DNA from: Candidatus Micrarchaeia archaeon | Lineage (GTDB): Archaea > Micrarchaeota > Micrarchaeia > Anstonellales > Bilamarchaeaceae | Direction of reading: 5' to 3' | NCBI GenBank assembly: GCA_033853355.1 | Contig: JAWOLP010000002.1 | Coordinates: forward strand, 1 to 50,508 | Length of the DNA: 50,508 nt | Shown: positions 8,896 through 17,133 of the stretch, piece by piece | Layout: each line of letters begins with the position of its first letter | Numbering within the stretch: the stretch's first letter is position 1 | Program-made: the position numbers and the translations under genes | Notes under the pieces: generated by a model | What the model was told of the DNA's origin: nothing | Seen by the model: only the letters and a program-made list of their open reading frames with translations | Database searches by the model: none

Positions 8896-9021
8896 TCATT
8901 CCTCGGTCCTGATCTTGTAGAACCGTATCACGCAGTCGATGCAGAGGTCCGAGAAGCCACGCGCGCTCCCCATGTACACCCTCCTCGTCTCGGCCTCCCG
9001 CCGGCAAAGGAAACATGCCAT
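8896..9021 (-). CDS. 41-aa zinc-finger micro-protein (MACFLCRREAETRRVYMGSARGFSDLCIDCVIRFYKIRTEE)
   Basis: Read manually; two CxxC pairs; below the ORF-track cut-off. Confidence 0.65.
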   Translation of the reverse strand: MACFLCRREAETRRVYMGSARGFSDLCIDCVIRFYKIRTEE

Positions 9022-9058
9022 AGCGATATATGCGCGGCTCTTCTTTTAGACCTGCCTC

Positions 9059-9217
9059 TCAGCCCTCTTCCTCGAGCTTCTTGCGGAGAGCGTCGAGCTC
9101 GTCGTGGAGTGCCCGGTTCTTCTTCAGGGGATCGAGCCGCGCCTTCTTCTCGAGTTCCTCGATCTTCGCCTTGATGTTGGCTTTTTTCCGTGAAAGGTCC
9201 TTTTTGCTCATTCCCAT
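9059..9217 (-). CDS. 52-aa basic helical micro-protein (MGMSKKDLSRKKANIKAKIEELEKKARLDPLKKNRALHDELDALRKKLEEEG)
   Basis: Read manually; genome-typical codons; TTTAAAT ~25 bp upstream. Confidence 0.75.
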   Translation of the reverse strand: MGMSKKDLSRKKANIKAKIEELEKKARLDPLKKNRALHDELDALRKKLEEEG

Positions 9218-9249
9218 GGTCCCATTCCCCAGCGGTCATTTAAATGCGC

Positions 9250-10476
9250 TTAGCTCGACTTGGCCTCCCGCCACAGCCTCCCGACGAAGCGGATGATCAT
9301 GCGCAGGATCACCAGCGCGATTATCAGGAAAATCACCGCGAAGACGAACCAGTAGCTCATGAGCAGCTCCAGGAACGTCTTGGTCTTCACGTTCAATGCG
9401 AAATACTGCGTGTCGGTGAACTGGTTGCCCTGCGGGTCCTCGTAGTCTATGATGAGGCCCGATATCTGCTGCCCGGCCGTCGCGTCCTTGTCCGTGTGCA
9501 CGAGGTAGGTCAGCGTCTGCGTCTGGCCCGGCGCGAGCGAATCTATGTACCTCTCGGTCCCGTCGGTGCTGAACGGGTAGACCGGGCTTATCCTTATCCT
9601 CAGCTTCCTCGCGGTCTGCGTCCCGGTGTTCTGGACTGCGACCTGCACCTCCGTGCTGTCGTCCGCGCTCAGGACCGTCGAGGGGTCGACGCTGGCCGTG
9701 AACTCGGCCTTCGGCTTGACGGGCATGAGGAACGTGAACGTCTGGGTCGCTTGCGGCGTGTTGTCGCCTGTGTATGTGATGGTTGCGGTTATCGGATAAA
9801 CGCCCGCGCTCGTGTTCTTTAGAGCCTCGACGTTGAACGTGGCGCTCGCGCTCCCGTGGGCGGGTATCTGCCCGATGTCCTGCTCGGCCCCGGCCCACTT
9901 GACCTCGACGCCCTGCGGCGCGGAGAACGTCACGTGGCCGGATTGCACCTTGCCGGTCCCGTTGTTCTGGAACGTCACTGTGACAGAGCCGGTGTCCCCC
10001 GGATAGAGGTCGACCGGATCGGACGCCGTCACCGACGCCGTCACCGAAGGCGTGCCGAGCACCTGCACGTTCACGGTGTTGCTGCTGCTGAACTTGTCGA
10101 AATCCTTCTGGTAGTTCGTCACGATCGTGACCGGGTACGTGCCCGACTGCGCGAGCGAATCCACAGGCAGAACGAACGTGAAAGCCCCCTTGCTGGCCGG
10201 ATCGCCGAGGCAAAGCGAATCCAGGTACTGGGTGTCCAGCCCGCTGACCGACAGCGGGTAGGACGCTATCACCTGCACCGAGATCGTGTCGGCGCAGGCC
10301 CCGAACTCTATGTCCTGCAGCCTCACCGTGAGCTGCTGGACGCTTCCCGGGGCGGCAGGGGTCTGGCTGAGCGTGTAGTTGTATATCTGGAGCTGCGGGT
10401 TGATCGCCGCGTAGGACAGCGGAAGCAGCGCAGCCAGGGCCAGGAGGAATATCCTCGTTCTAGTCTCTATCATCAT
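9250..10476 (-). CDS. COG1361-like S-layer/Ig-fold cell-surface protein
   Basis: Signal peptide, repeated beta-rich domains (V..QN.G), C-terminal transmembrane anchor. Confidence 0.8.
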   Translation of the reverse strand: MMIETRTRIFLLALAALLPLSYAAINPQLQIYNYTLSQTPAAPGSVQQLTVRLQDIEFGACADTISVQVIASYPLSVSGLDTQYLDSLCLGDPASKGAFTFVLPVDSLAQSGTYPVTIVTNYQKDFDKFSSSNTVNVQVLGTPSVTASVTASDPVDLYPGDTGSVTVTFQNNGTGKVQSGHVTFSAPQGVEVKWAGAEQDIGQIPAHGSASATFNVEALKNTSAGVYPITATITYTGDNTPQATQTFTFLMPVKPKAEFTASVDPSTVLSADDSTEVQVAVQNTGTQTARKLRIRISPVYPFSTDGTERYIDSLAPGQTQTLTYLVHTDKDATAGQQISGLIIDYEDPQGNQFTDTQYFALNVKTKTFLELLMSYWFVFAVIFLIIALVILRMIIRFVGRLWREAKSS

Positions 10477-12116
10477 ATCAACTCCCTCTTGAACAGCATG
10501 ACGCTCAGCGCCAGCGTGAATATCGCGAAACCTGCCAGGAAGATCATGTCCGGCACGACCATCCCGAGCCCGAACCCCTTTATCATGATGCCTCGCAGGG
10601 CGTCGGAAGCGTAGGTGATGGGGAGGACCTTCGTGACGGCCTGGAGCGCAGGCGGCATCGTCTCTATCGGGAGGAAGACGCCTGCCAGGAACATGCTCGG
10701 CAGGGTTATTATCGCCGCAGTCGCCTGGTACTGCTCCTGCGACCGCGTCAGGACGGAGAGGACCATCCCTATGCCTGTGGCGCCGGCCGCGTAGATCGTG
10801 ATGATGACGAAGATGTCGAGCAGGCTCCCCTTGATCGTGACGCCGAAGAAGAGCACGGCGGCGAAGACGATGAGGCTGGAGCGGATGGTCTCGAAGATCA
10901 TGTAGAATGACAGCGTGCCGGCGATTATCGTCGTGTTGGAGGTCGGGGTCAGGAAGACCCTCGTGAGCGAGCCGTCCTGCCGCTCGCCCGCGATCGCCCT
11001 CCCCATGCCCATCGAGGCGCCCTGGAACACGATGAGGGCGAGCATGCTGGGGATGAGGAAATCCAGGCCGGGCCTCCCGAAGCCGTAGGGCTCGATCTGG
11101 TCGAACTGTATCGCGACCGCCGGGATCCCGGCCGCCCCGCTCGCAAGAGCGCCGGCGCGGGCGGCGGCCGACTCCAGGACGCCCGCCGACGCCGCCTTGA
11201 TCTGCTGCGCGCCGGAAGCGTCGGCGAAGAGGCTTCTCGAGGAGGCGTACATCGACGCGGCGTCGGAAGCCATCCGGCCGCTCGTGCCCCCCATCCCCTG
11301 GTACAGCGCGATCTGCTGGAGGGTAGGCTGCTGCGCGTCGCTCGCGGTCATGATGTCATAGAACGCCGCGCGCGTGCTGATGTTGTTCTCGTATTCCCAG
11401 ACGAGCTCGTTCTGGTCCCAGATCGTGGGCCCGAGCGTGTTCCTCAGGGCTTCGGTCGTCGCCGAGACGGTCCTCCCGGTCTGCGCGGCCGTGTAGGCCG
11501 CGTCCCTGTAGCTGCTGCTGATAGCCTGCATCTCCTGCTCCCCGCCCTGGGCGCTCATGCCGGCCAGCGTCTCCCTCTGGCTCTCCAGGGCCTCGTCGAA
11601 GCCCTTCGCAGCCGTGGCCAGGGCGGCGATCCTCTGCGCAGTGACCTCGGTCGAGAGCTGCTGGATGAACGCCTGCGTCGAGGCGGTGGTTATCTGGGCG
11701 ACGGTCGGGTCCGACTCGTCGACGATGACCGAGAGGGTGGCCGTGCGGCCCGCCTTGATGTCATCCTCGAACCCGCTGGGGATGACGAAGAGGATCTTGA
11801 TGGTGCCATCCTCGATCAGCTTCTTCCCTTCGTCCTGCGTGCCGACGGCCCTGCTTATCGCGAACAGCTGGTTGCTGTTGAGCTCGCTTATGACCGTGTG
11901 CGAGGTGAGCGTGTTGTCGTAGTCGACTATCGCGGCCGGGATGTGCTTCGGGGTCTCGCCGGATGTGTAGCCGAAGAGGAGGATCATCACCAGGGGGAAG
12001 AAGAACATCATGACCATCCTCGTGCGGTCAGCCCTCAGCACCATCCAGTTCTTCCTGATGATGGCCCATATCTTCCGCAAGTCGAATACCTTCTCGACCT
12101 CCCCGTTGCGCGCCAT
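10473..12116 (-). CDS. ABC-2 type exporter permease with a long Ala-rich extracellular insert
   Basis: LLFGY…AIVDYD, GERQDGSLTRVFLTP, FLAGVFLPIETMP, PITYASDALR. Confidence 0.9.
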   Translation of the reverse strand: MARNGEVEKVFDLRKIWAIIRKNWMVLRADRTRMVMMFFFPLVMILLFGYTSGETPKHIPAAIVDYDNTLTSHTVISELNSNQLFAISRAVGTQDEGKKLIEDGTIKILFVIPSGFEDDIKAGRTATLSVIVDESDPTVAQITTASTQAFIQQLSTEVTAQRIAALATAAKGFDEALESQRETLAGMSAQGGEQEMQAISSSYRDAAYTAAQTGRTVSATTEALRNTLGPTIWDQNELVWEYENNISTRAAFYDIMTASDAQQPTLQQIALYQGMGGTSGRMASDAASMYASSRSLFADASGAQQIKAASAGVLESAAARAGALASGAAGIPAVAIQFDQIEPYGFGRPGLDFLIPSMLALIVFQGASMGMGRAIAGERQDGSLTRVFLTPTSNTTIIAGTLSFYMIFETIRSSLIVFAAVLFFGVTIKGSLLDIFVIITIYAAGATGIGMVLSVLTRSQEQYQATAAIITLPSMFLAGVFLPIETMPPALQAVTKVLPITYASDALRGIMIKGFGLGMVVPDMIFLAGFAIFTLALSVMLFKRELI

Positions 12117-12118
12117 CT

Positions 12119-13066
12119 TCAGTCCCTCAGCTCCTTGCTAGTCAGGTTCAGGAAGACGTCCTCGAGCGACGGCTCGGTGGACCGCAGCTCCCTCACCTCG
12201 ACCTTCCTCCTCTCGAGGAAGTTGGAGAGCTTGTGGAGGACGCCGCCCTCCACGCTCGCGACCACGAGCTCTATCGTGTGGTTGTGGAACCTCATGGAGG
12301 TCGCCTTCACGAGCTCCTTTATCTCGCCGAGAATCCTCTCGTCGTGTTTCCCCAGCTCGAGCTCGATGAGGTGCCCCCCGCCGTAGCGGTCCTTGAGCTC
12401 GGTGGGCGTGCCCTCGGCGATTATCCTGCCGTGGTCCATGATCGCTATCCTCTGGCAGAGCTTGTCCGCCTCCTCCATGTCATGGGTCGTGTATACGATG
12501 GTGACGCCGGAATCGTTCAGCCTCCTCGTGAGGTCCCTGATCGCTATCCTGCTCTGCGGGTCCAGCCCCGTGGTGGGCTCGTCCATGAAGAGTATCTCCG
12601 GGCGGTGGAGGAGGCCGGCCGCAACCGACAGCCTCTGCTTCATCCCTCCCGAGAACCCGCCGCTCGGCACGTCCTTCTTGTCGAGCAGGTTGACGGTCCG
12701 GAGCAGCTCGATGCTCCGCTCCTTCAGCTCCTTCCTCTCCATCCCGAACAGCTCGCCGATGTACCAGAGGTTCTCCATCGCGGTCAGCTCGTCGAAGAGC
12801 GCGAACTCCTGCGGGACCACGCCGATCCTGCTCCGGACGAGGGCGGCCTCGGCCCTCACGTCGTAGGAGGCGACGCGCGCCTCCCCCGAAGTCGGCGTCA
12901 GCAGTGTCGTGAGCATCTTTATGGTGGTGGTCTTCCCGGCTCCGTTCGGGCCCAGGAACCCGAAAAGCTCCCCCTTCCTGATCTTGAGGTTCGAGTTGTC
13001 CACGGCAGTGAAATCGCCGAATTTCCGGGTCAGCCCGGTGCAATCGACCGCATACTCTTCCGGCAT
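12119..13066 (-). CDS. ABC transporter ATP-binding subunit (DrrA/CcmA-like)
   Basis: GPNGAGKTT, FSGGMKQRL, DEPTTGLD, TTH. Confidence 0.96.
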   Translation of the reverse strand: MPEEYAVDCTGLTRKFGDFTAVDNSNLKIRKGELFGFLGPNGAGKTTTIKMLTTLLTPTSGEARVASYDVRAEAALVRSRIGVVPQEFALFDELTAMENLWYIGELFGMERKELKERSIELLRTVNLLDKKDVPSGGFSGGMKQRLSVAAGLLHRPEILFMDEPTTGLDPQSRIAIRDLTRRLNDSGVTIVYTTHDMEEADKLCQRIAIMDHGRIIAEGTPTELKDRYGGGHLIELELGKHDERILGEIKELVKATSMRFHNHTIELVVASVEGGVLHKLSNFLERRKVEVRELRSTEPSLEDVFLNLTSKELRD

Positions 13067-13090
13067 GTGACCGCTCCCGCCTCGGTTACG

Positions 13091-13300
13091 CTAGAGGCTC
13101 TTGAGTATCTTCTCGGCCAGGCCCCGCAGCTCCTCGGCCTTCAGCAGCACTATCGCCTTGCCGTCGCTGCCCAGCACCACCAGCTTCTCGCCGGCCTTTA
13201 TCCCGAACTCCTCCCGCGCCTCGACGGGGATCACCAGCTGGCCGCGTTCGCCGACCGCGACGACGCCATAGAATTTCTTCCCCTTCATGACCTCTGTCAT
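13091..13300 (-). CDS. AbrB/MazE/SpoVT family DNA-binding regulator
   Basis: VGERGQLVIPVEAREEFGIKAGEKL. Confidence 0.92.
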   Translation of the reverse strand: MTEVMKGKKFYGVVAVGERGQLVIPVEAREEFGIKAGEKLVVLGSDGKAIVLLKAEELRGLAEKILKSL

Positions 13301-13379
13301 ATCATACTTTTCATACCAAACATATTTATTTGTTTCATTAAATTTGAATGAAAAATATGAACATGCTGAGCAAGGCTGG

Positions 13380-13718
13380 TCACGCCCCCTTCACTTGGCC
13401 GCCGGCGCCCTCATTCCGCGCCGTCTCGGCCAGCTTCCCTATGACGAGCGAGAGTATGACGTAGAAGGCGGCCGCCAGTATGACCAGCTCCACGGCGCCG
13501 GCAGCCAGGCCCGCGCCGCCGAACGGCATCATCCCGCCGGATCCCGCGCCCCCGAACCCGCCCCCGAAGCCTCCCCTCCCGCCCTGCATCTGGACTCCCA
13601 TGGCCGAGAAGACCATCGGGTTTATCGCAAACCTCGAGAGCAGACCGACAACCCAGTTCGCCACGAGCAGGGCCGCGGTCCCGATCACGTTCGCCTTGTT
13701 CGGTTTCAAGAAATCCAT
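13380..13718 (-). CDS. Small membrane protein with a Gly-rich loop
   Basis: Two hydrophobic helices flank GGRGGFGGGFGG; GAGGTGA SD. Confidence 0.75.
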   Translation of the reverse strand: MDFLKPNKANVIGTAALLVANWVVGLLSRFAINPMVFSAMGVQMQGGRGGFGGGFGGAGSGGMMPFGGAGLAAGAVELVILAAAFYVILSLVIGKLAETARNEGAGGQVKGA

Positions 13719-13804
13719 ATCTTCACCTCAATAAATCAACCTTAATGTAACCTTAATGCTTACTTTTTATTAATCTTGCTGGGCGAACGGAAAGTTTCCA
13801 ACAG

Positions 13805-13822
13805 ATTAAGCGATAGCTTAAT
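13805..13822. promoter_or_regulatory. Inverted repeat ATTAAGC-N4-GCTTAAT, putative ArsR operator
   Basis: Perfect 7-bp inverted repeat ~25 bp upstream of the ArsR gene, followed by a partial second copy. Confidence 0.6.
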
Positions 13823-13847
13823 TAAGCAGATACTTCAACTGAATGCC

Positions 13848-14174
13848 ATGGACGCGTTCCACGCGCTTGCCGAGCCGCGGAGGCGGCAGATCCTGGAGAT
13901 GCTCGCGGCCGAAGGGGAACTGCCCGCTTCCGCGATCTGCTCCCGCTTCAGGGTCAGCCACCCGGCGATATCGCAGCACCTGCGGGTCCTCCGTGAAGCA
14001 GGCCTCGTCGCCGTGGAGCGGAGGGCCCAGATGAGGATATACCGCATGAACCCGGCGAAGGTCCACGAAGTGGAGGACTGGGCGCAGCGCACCCTCGGGC
14101 GGTGGAACCAGCGCTTCGACGCGCCGGACGCGGTCCTGGCCGAGGAGAAAAGGAAACGGAGGAAAGGTGGATAG
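13848..14174 (+). CDS. ArsR/SmtB family transcriptional regulator
   Basis: FHALAEPRRRQILEML…AISQHLRVLREAGLV. Confidence 0.92.
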   Translation: MDAFHALAEPRRRQILEMLAAEGELPASAICSRFRVSHPAISQHLRVLREAGLVAVERRAQMRIYRMNPAKVHEVEDWAQRTLGRWNQRFDAPDAVLAEEKRKRRKGG

Positions 14175-14661
14175 CATGGAAAGCACGGCGAAAGGGAAGG
14201 AACTGGTCATAATCCGGGTGTTCGACGCCCCCAGGGCGGTCGTCTGGAAGGCATGGACGGACCAGAAGCTGGTCAAGAAATGGTGGGGCCCCAGGGGCGT
14301 GACGAATCCGACATGCGAGTGGGACGCACGGACGGGCGGCCGGATCCATATCGTGATGCTGGCCGGCAAGGAGCTGGGGAGCTTCGCAGGGCAAAGGTGG
14401 CCCATGAAGGGCGAGTTCAGGGAGGTCACCCCGCAGGAGCGGCTGGTGTTCGCTTCCGACGCGATAGACGATCTGAAGGACGTGATGCTGGAGAGCGAGG
14501 TCACTGTCGAGCTCGAGGAGATGGGCGAAAAGACGAAGATGACCCTGCGCATCGTGGTCACCAGGGTGAGCCAGAAGGGCGAGATGGCGATCCAGGGGAT
14601 GGAGATGGGCTGGAACCAGCAGACCGACAAGCTCGCCGAGATGGTCGGCGGGATGAGGTGA
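14167..14661 (+). CDS. SRPBCC/AHSA1-like domain protein
   Basis: RVFDAPRAVVWKAWTD…WWGP…GWNQ..DKL. Confidence 0.92.
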   Translation: MDSMESTAKGKELVIIRVFDAPRAVVWKAWTDQKLVKKWWGPRGVTNPTCEWDARTGGRIHIVMLAGKELGSFAGQRWPMKGEFREVTPQERLVFASDAIDDLKDVMLESEVTVELEEMGEKTKMTLRIVVTRVSQKGEMAIQGMEMGWNQQTDKLAEMVGGMR

Positions 14662-14665
14662 GCGC

Positions 14666-15031
14666 ATGGCTTCGAAGCGGGAGGCGGCCGTGGATTTCCT
14701 GAAGCTCGCATCCTCTGGCAGGGTGCGCGAGGCGTACGACCGGCACATCTCGGCCGGTTTCAGGCACCACAACCCTTGGTTCGCCGGCGACCGCGCGTCC
14801 CTTTTGAAGGGGATGGAGGAGAACGCGGCCAGGAGCCCGGACAAGTCTTTCGAGGTGAAGCTCGTCCTCGAGGACGGGGACCTGGTCGCGACATACTCCA
14901 ATGTCAAGACTGCGGATGCGGACATCGCAGTCGTCCACATCTTCCGCTTCGAGAAGGGGAAGATCGCGGAGATGTGGGACCTGGGCCAGCAGATCCCTGC
15001 TGGCATGAAGAACGAGAACGGCATGTTCTAG
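14666..15031 (+). CDS. SnoaL/NTF2-like protein
   Basis: FRHHNP, EDGDLV, HIFRFEKGKIAEMWD. Confidence 0.88.
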   Translation: MASKREAAVDFLKLASSGRVREAYDRHISAGFRHHNPWFAGDRASLLKGMEENAARSPDKSFEVKLVLEDGDLVATYSNVKTADADIAVVHIFRFEKGKIAEMWDLGQQIPAGMKNENGMF

Positions 15032-15041
15032 GGGTGATCTG

Positions 15042-15602
15042 ATGAGGAAGGCATATCTGTTCATGATGGTGTCGCTGGACGGCTACTTCGAGGGGCCAGG
15101 GCATGACCTGAGCTGGCACAACGTGGATGAGGAGTTCGTGGATTTCGCCGTGAAGCAGCTCGATGATACCGGCGCGATACTCTTCGGCAGGAGGACCTAT
15201 GAGATGATGGCCGGGTTCTGGCCCTCCGATTATGCGAAGAAGACGGATCCGGAGACGGCCAGGAGGATGGGCGCGCTGCCCAAGTTCGTCGCTTCGCGGA
15301 CGCTGAAGTCCGTGGGATGGGAGAACTCCAGCCTGCTCGGGAGCGACGTCGCGGCTGAAGTGACCCGGCTGAAGGGCCAGCCAGGCAAGCCCGTCGCGGT
15401 CTTAGGCAGCAACAACCTGTGCGTGAGCCTGATGGAGAAAGGCCTGGTGGATGAGTTCCGCATAATGATGAACCCGGTCGCGATCGGGGCCGGGACGCCG
15501 CTGTTCTACGGCCTGAAAAAGAGATACCCCCTCAAGCTCGTCAAGAGCCGGGAATTCAAGTCCGGGAACGTCCTGCTCCATTATATGCCGGCGAAGAAAT
15601 AG
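15042..15602 (+). CDS. Dihydrofolate reductase/RibD C-terminal family protein
   Basis: SLDGYF, LFGRRTYE, GLVDEFRI..NPV..GAG.PLF. Confidence 0.92.
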   Translation: MRKAYLFMMVSLDGYFEGPGHDLSWHNVDEEFVDFAVKQLDDTGAILFGRRTYEMMAGFWPSDYAKKTDPETARRMGALPKFVASRTLKSVGWENSSLLGSDVAAEVTRLKGQPGKPVAVLGSNNLCVSLMEKGLVDEFRIMMNPVAIGAGTPLFYGLKKRYPLKLVKSREFKSGNVLLHYMPAKK

Positions 15603-15732
15603 CCCGCCAACGGCTTTCGCAGAAGCCGAGCTGGCAGAACGTTCTGGGTATTTTTTGCAGAAAAGTAACCCCAGTCTCTACTCTCCGTTACCGGAGTCCA
15701 CGCCAACCCGAAGGGTTGGCCAGTGGACAAAA

Positions 15733-15748
15733 ACGCCCCGGGGAAGAT
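15733..15748 (-). repeat. 16-bp duplicate of the tRNA-Asn 3' end (att-like scar)
   Basis: ACGCCCCGGGGAAGAT occurs at 15733-15748 and at 15799-15814. Confidence 0.7.
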
Positions 15749-15799
15749 GCCGGCGCTTCGCGCCGTCCTTCCCCTGGGCTCCGCTCACTTCGTTCGCTA

Positions 15800-15925
15800 C
15801 GCCCCGGGGAAGATTTGAACTTCCGGCCTGCTGATCTCCACCTTTTAGGACAAAGTGGAGCCAAAACTGGCTCTCCATCTCCTAAAGATAACAGTCAGCC
15901 GCTCTACCGACTGAGCTACCGAGGC
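15800..15925 (-). tRNA. tRNA-Asn(GTT) with a 53-nt intron at 37/38 (15836-15888)
   Basis: GCCTCGG/CCGGGGC acceptor, GCTGA-CTGTTA|A-TCAGC anticodon arm, GTTCAAATC T-loop; relaxed BHB; no encoded CCA. Confidence 0.92.
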
Positions 15926-16007
15926 AAAAAGCAGAAGGTATTTCGGGACTAGCGATTTAAATGCTTGCGCTTTTTCCCTTCCTGGTGGGGGCATCCTGCG
16001 CAGGCGG

Positions 16008-16139
16008 CTACGCTTCCTCGCAGAAGCTCCAGCCGCAGAATTCGCATTCTATGCAGCCTTCGCGGTGGACGAGCTTGTTCTTGCAGCTGGGGCATATTCC
16101 GTTCCGGATTAGTTCCGCTACCTCGTCGTCCTTTGCCGT
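16008..16139 (-). CDS. 43-aa zinc ribbon (CPSC…EGCIECEFCGWSFC) like the C-terminus of class II ribonucleotide reductases; first codon is ACG
   Basis: Read manually; in frame directly after the TGA of 16140..16535. Confidence 0.7.
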   Translation of the reverse strand, partial: TAKDDEVAELIRNGICPSCKNKLVHREGCIECEFCGWSFCEEA

Positions 16140-16535
16140 TCAACCGCCGCCGAGAGCCGCCTTTATGCCCTTGAAGAGGCCTTCAGTGGCCGCCTTCATC
16201 TTCCTCATGGCCCCGCTGAAGCCGTCGAGGCCCCCGAGCCCCAACAGGATGCGCTCCGTCTCCTTCATCACGTCCTTGTCGGAGAGGTTCGAGTTCCTGT
16301 GGATCGTGCCGAGCATGTCGGTGATCCCCCTCTTCGTGGCCGGGAAGTTGCCGTCCTTGAGCTTCATATACATCTTGTTCACGAATTCCTTCGCCTCCGG
16401 CGTCTTGAGGAACTCGTCCGAGGTGGACGACCGCACCGATTCGGGAGCCTGCGTGGTCTCGGGCTCCTTCTGCCCTTCGCCCGGCTCCTTCACCATGGGT
16501 TTCAGCTGACCTATGAACATGGGCTTAAAACTCAT
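16140..16535 (-). CDS. Hypothetical protein
   Basis: ORF with genome-typical codons; true start may be a downstream Met. Confidence 0.65.
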   Translation of the reverse strand: MSFKPMFIGQLKPMVKEPGEGQKEPETTQAPESVRSSTSDEFLKTPEAKEFVNKMYMKLKDGNFPATKRGITDMLGTIHRNSNLSDKDVMKETERILLGLGGLDGFSGAMRKMKAATEGLFKGIKAALGGG

Positions 16536-16568
16536 GGCAAATTTAAAAATCTAGTCTTTCCTCCGGGG

Positions 16569-17102
16569 TCAGAGGCCGAGGTCGGCAAGTATCTTCCCGC
16601 TCTTGAACCGCGACTCGTCTATCCTCCTCTCCAGCTTCACGACCCTTACCCCCGGCGGCCTGATGAAATCCTTCTGGTCGTATCCGTAGACTATGACGTC
16701 AGGCGCGACCGCCGCGACCATCTTCGCCGGGTCGTCGAAGCCTGAAATGGCTATGTCCACGGGCTTGAGGGCCTCAACCATCATCTTCCGGTATTCTATG
16801 GGATGGACCGGCTCCCTCCCCTTCTTCCTGATATGGTCGTCCCGCGCTATCGCCACCACCAGCACATCGCCCTCCTTCCGCGCCTCGCTGAGGGTCGTGA
16901 GGTGGCCTATGTGGAGTATGTCGTAAACGCCTCCCGTGAGTACGACCTTTATCCTGCCCCGGGGCTCTTCGCGGAGGTAGAACCTGCCCCCTTTCTCGAT
17001 CAGCAGGGATTTCTCGTTGTCGGGCAGGAAATGGTAGATGTCCTCGGGTATGCCCCCGTAGGAGAGCTGCATCAGGTAAAGCTTCTTGGCCAGCTCTTTC
17101 AT
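16569..17102 (-). CDS. ribL: Cytidylyltransferase-family protein, probable archaeal FAD synthase
   Basis: GGVYDILHIGH, LVVAIARD, PDVIVYGYDQ. Confidence 0.78.
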   Translation of the reverse strand: MKELAKKLYLMQLSYGGIPEDIYHFLPDNEKSLLIEKGGRFYLREEPRGRIKVVLTGGVYDILHIGHLTTLSEARKEGDVLVVAIARDDHIRKKGREPVHPIEYRKMMVEALKPVDIAISGFDDPAKMVAAVAPDVIVYGYDQKDFIRPPGVRVVKLERRIDESRFKSGKILADLGL

Positions 17103-17133
17103 GCTACGGATAATCCGCCGGGGTTTATAATAG

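Noticed and set aside
16140-16142. Selenocysteine or alternative genetic code at this UGA
   Set aside because: TGA ends many clear genes in the window, the position is not a Cys-equivalent site and no SECIS was recognised; kept only as a readthrough possibility
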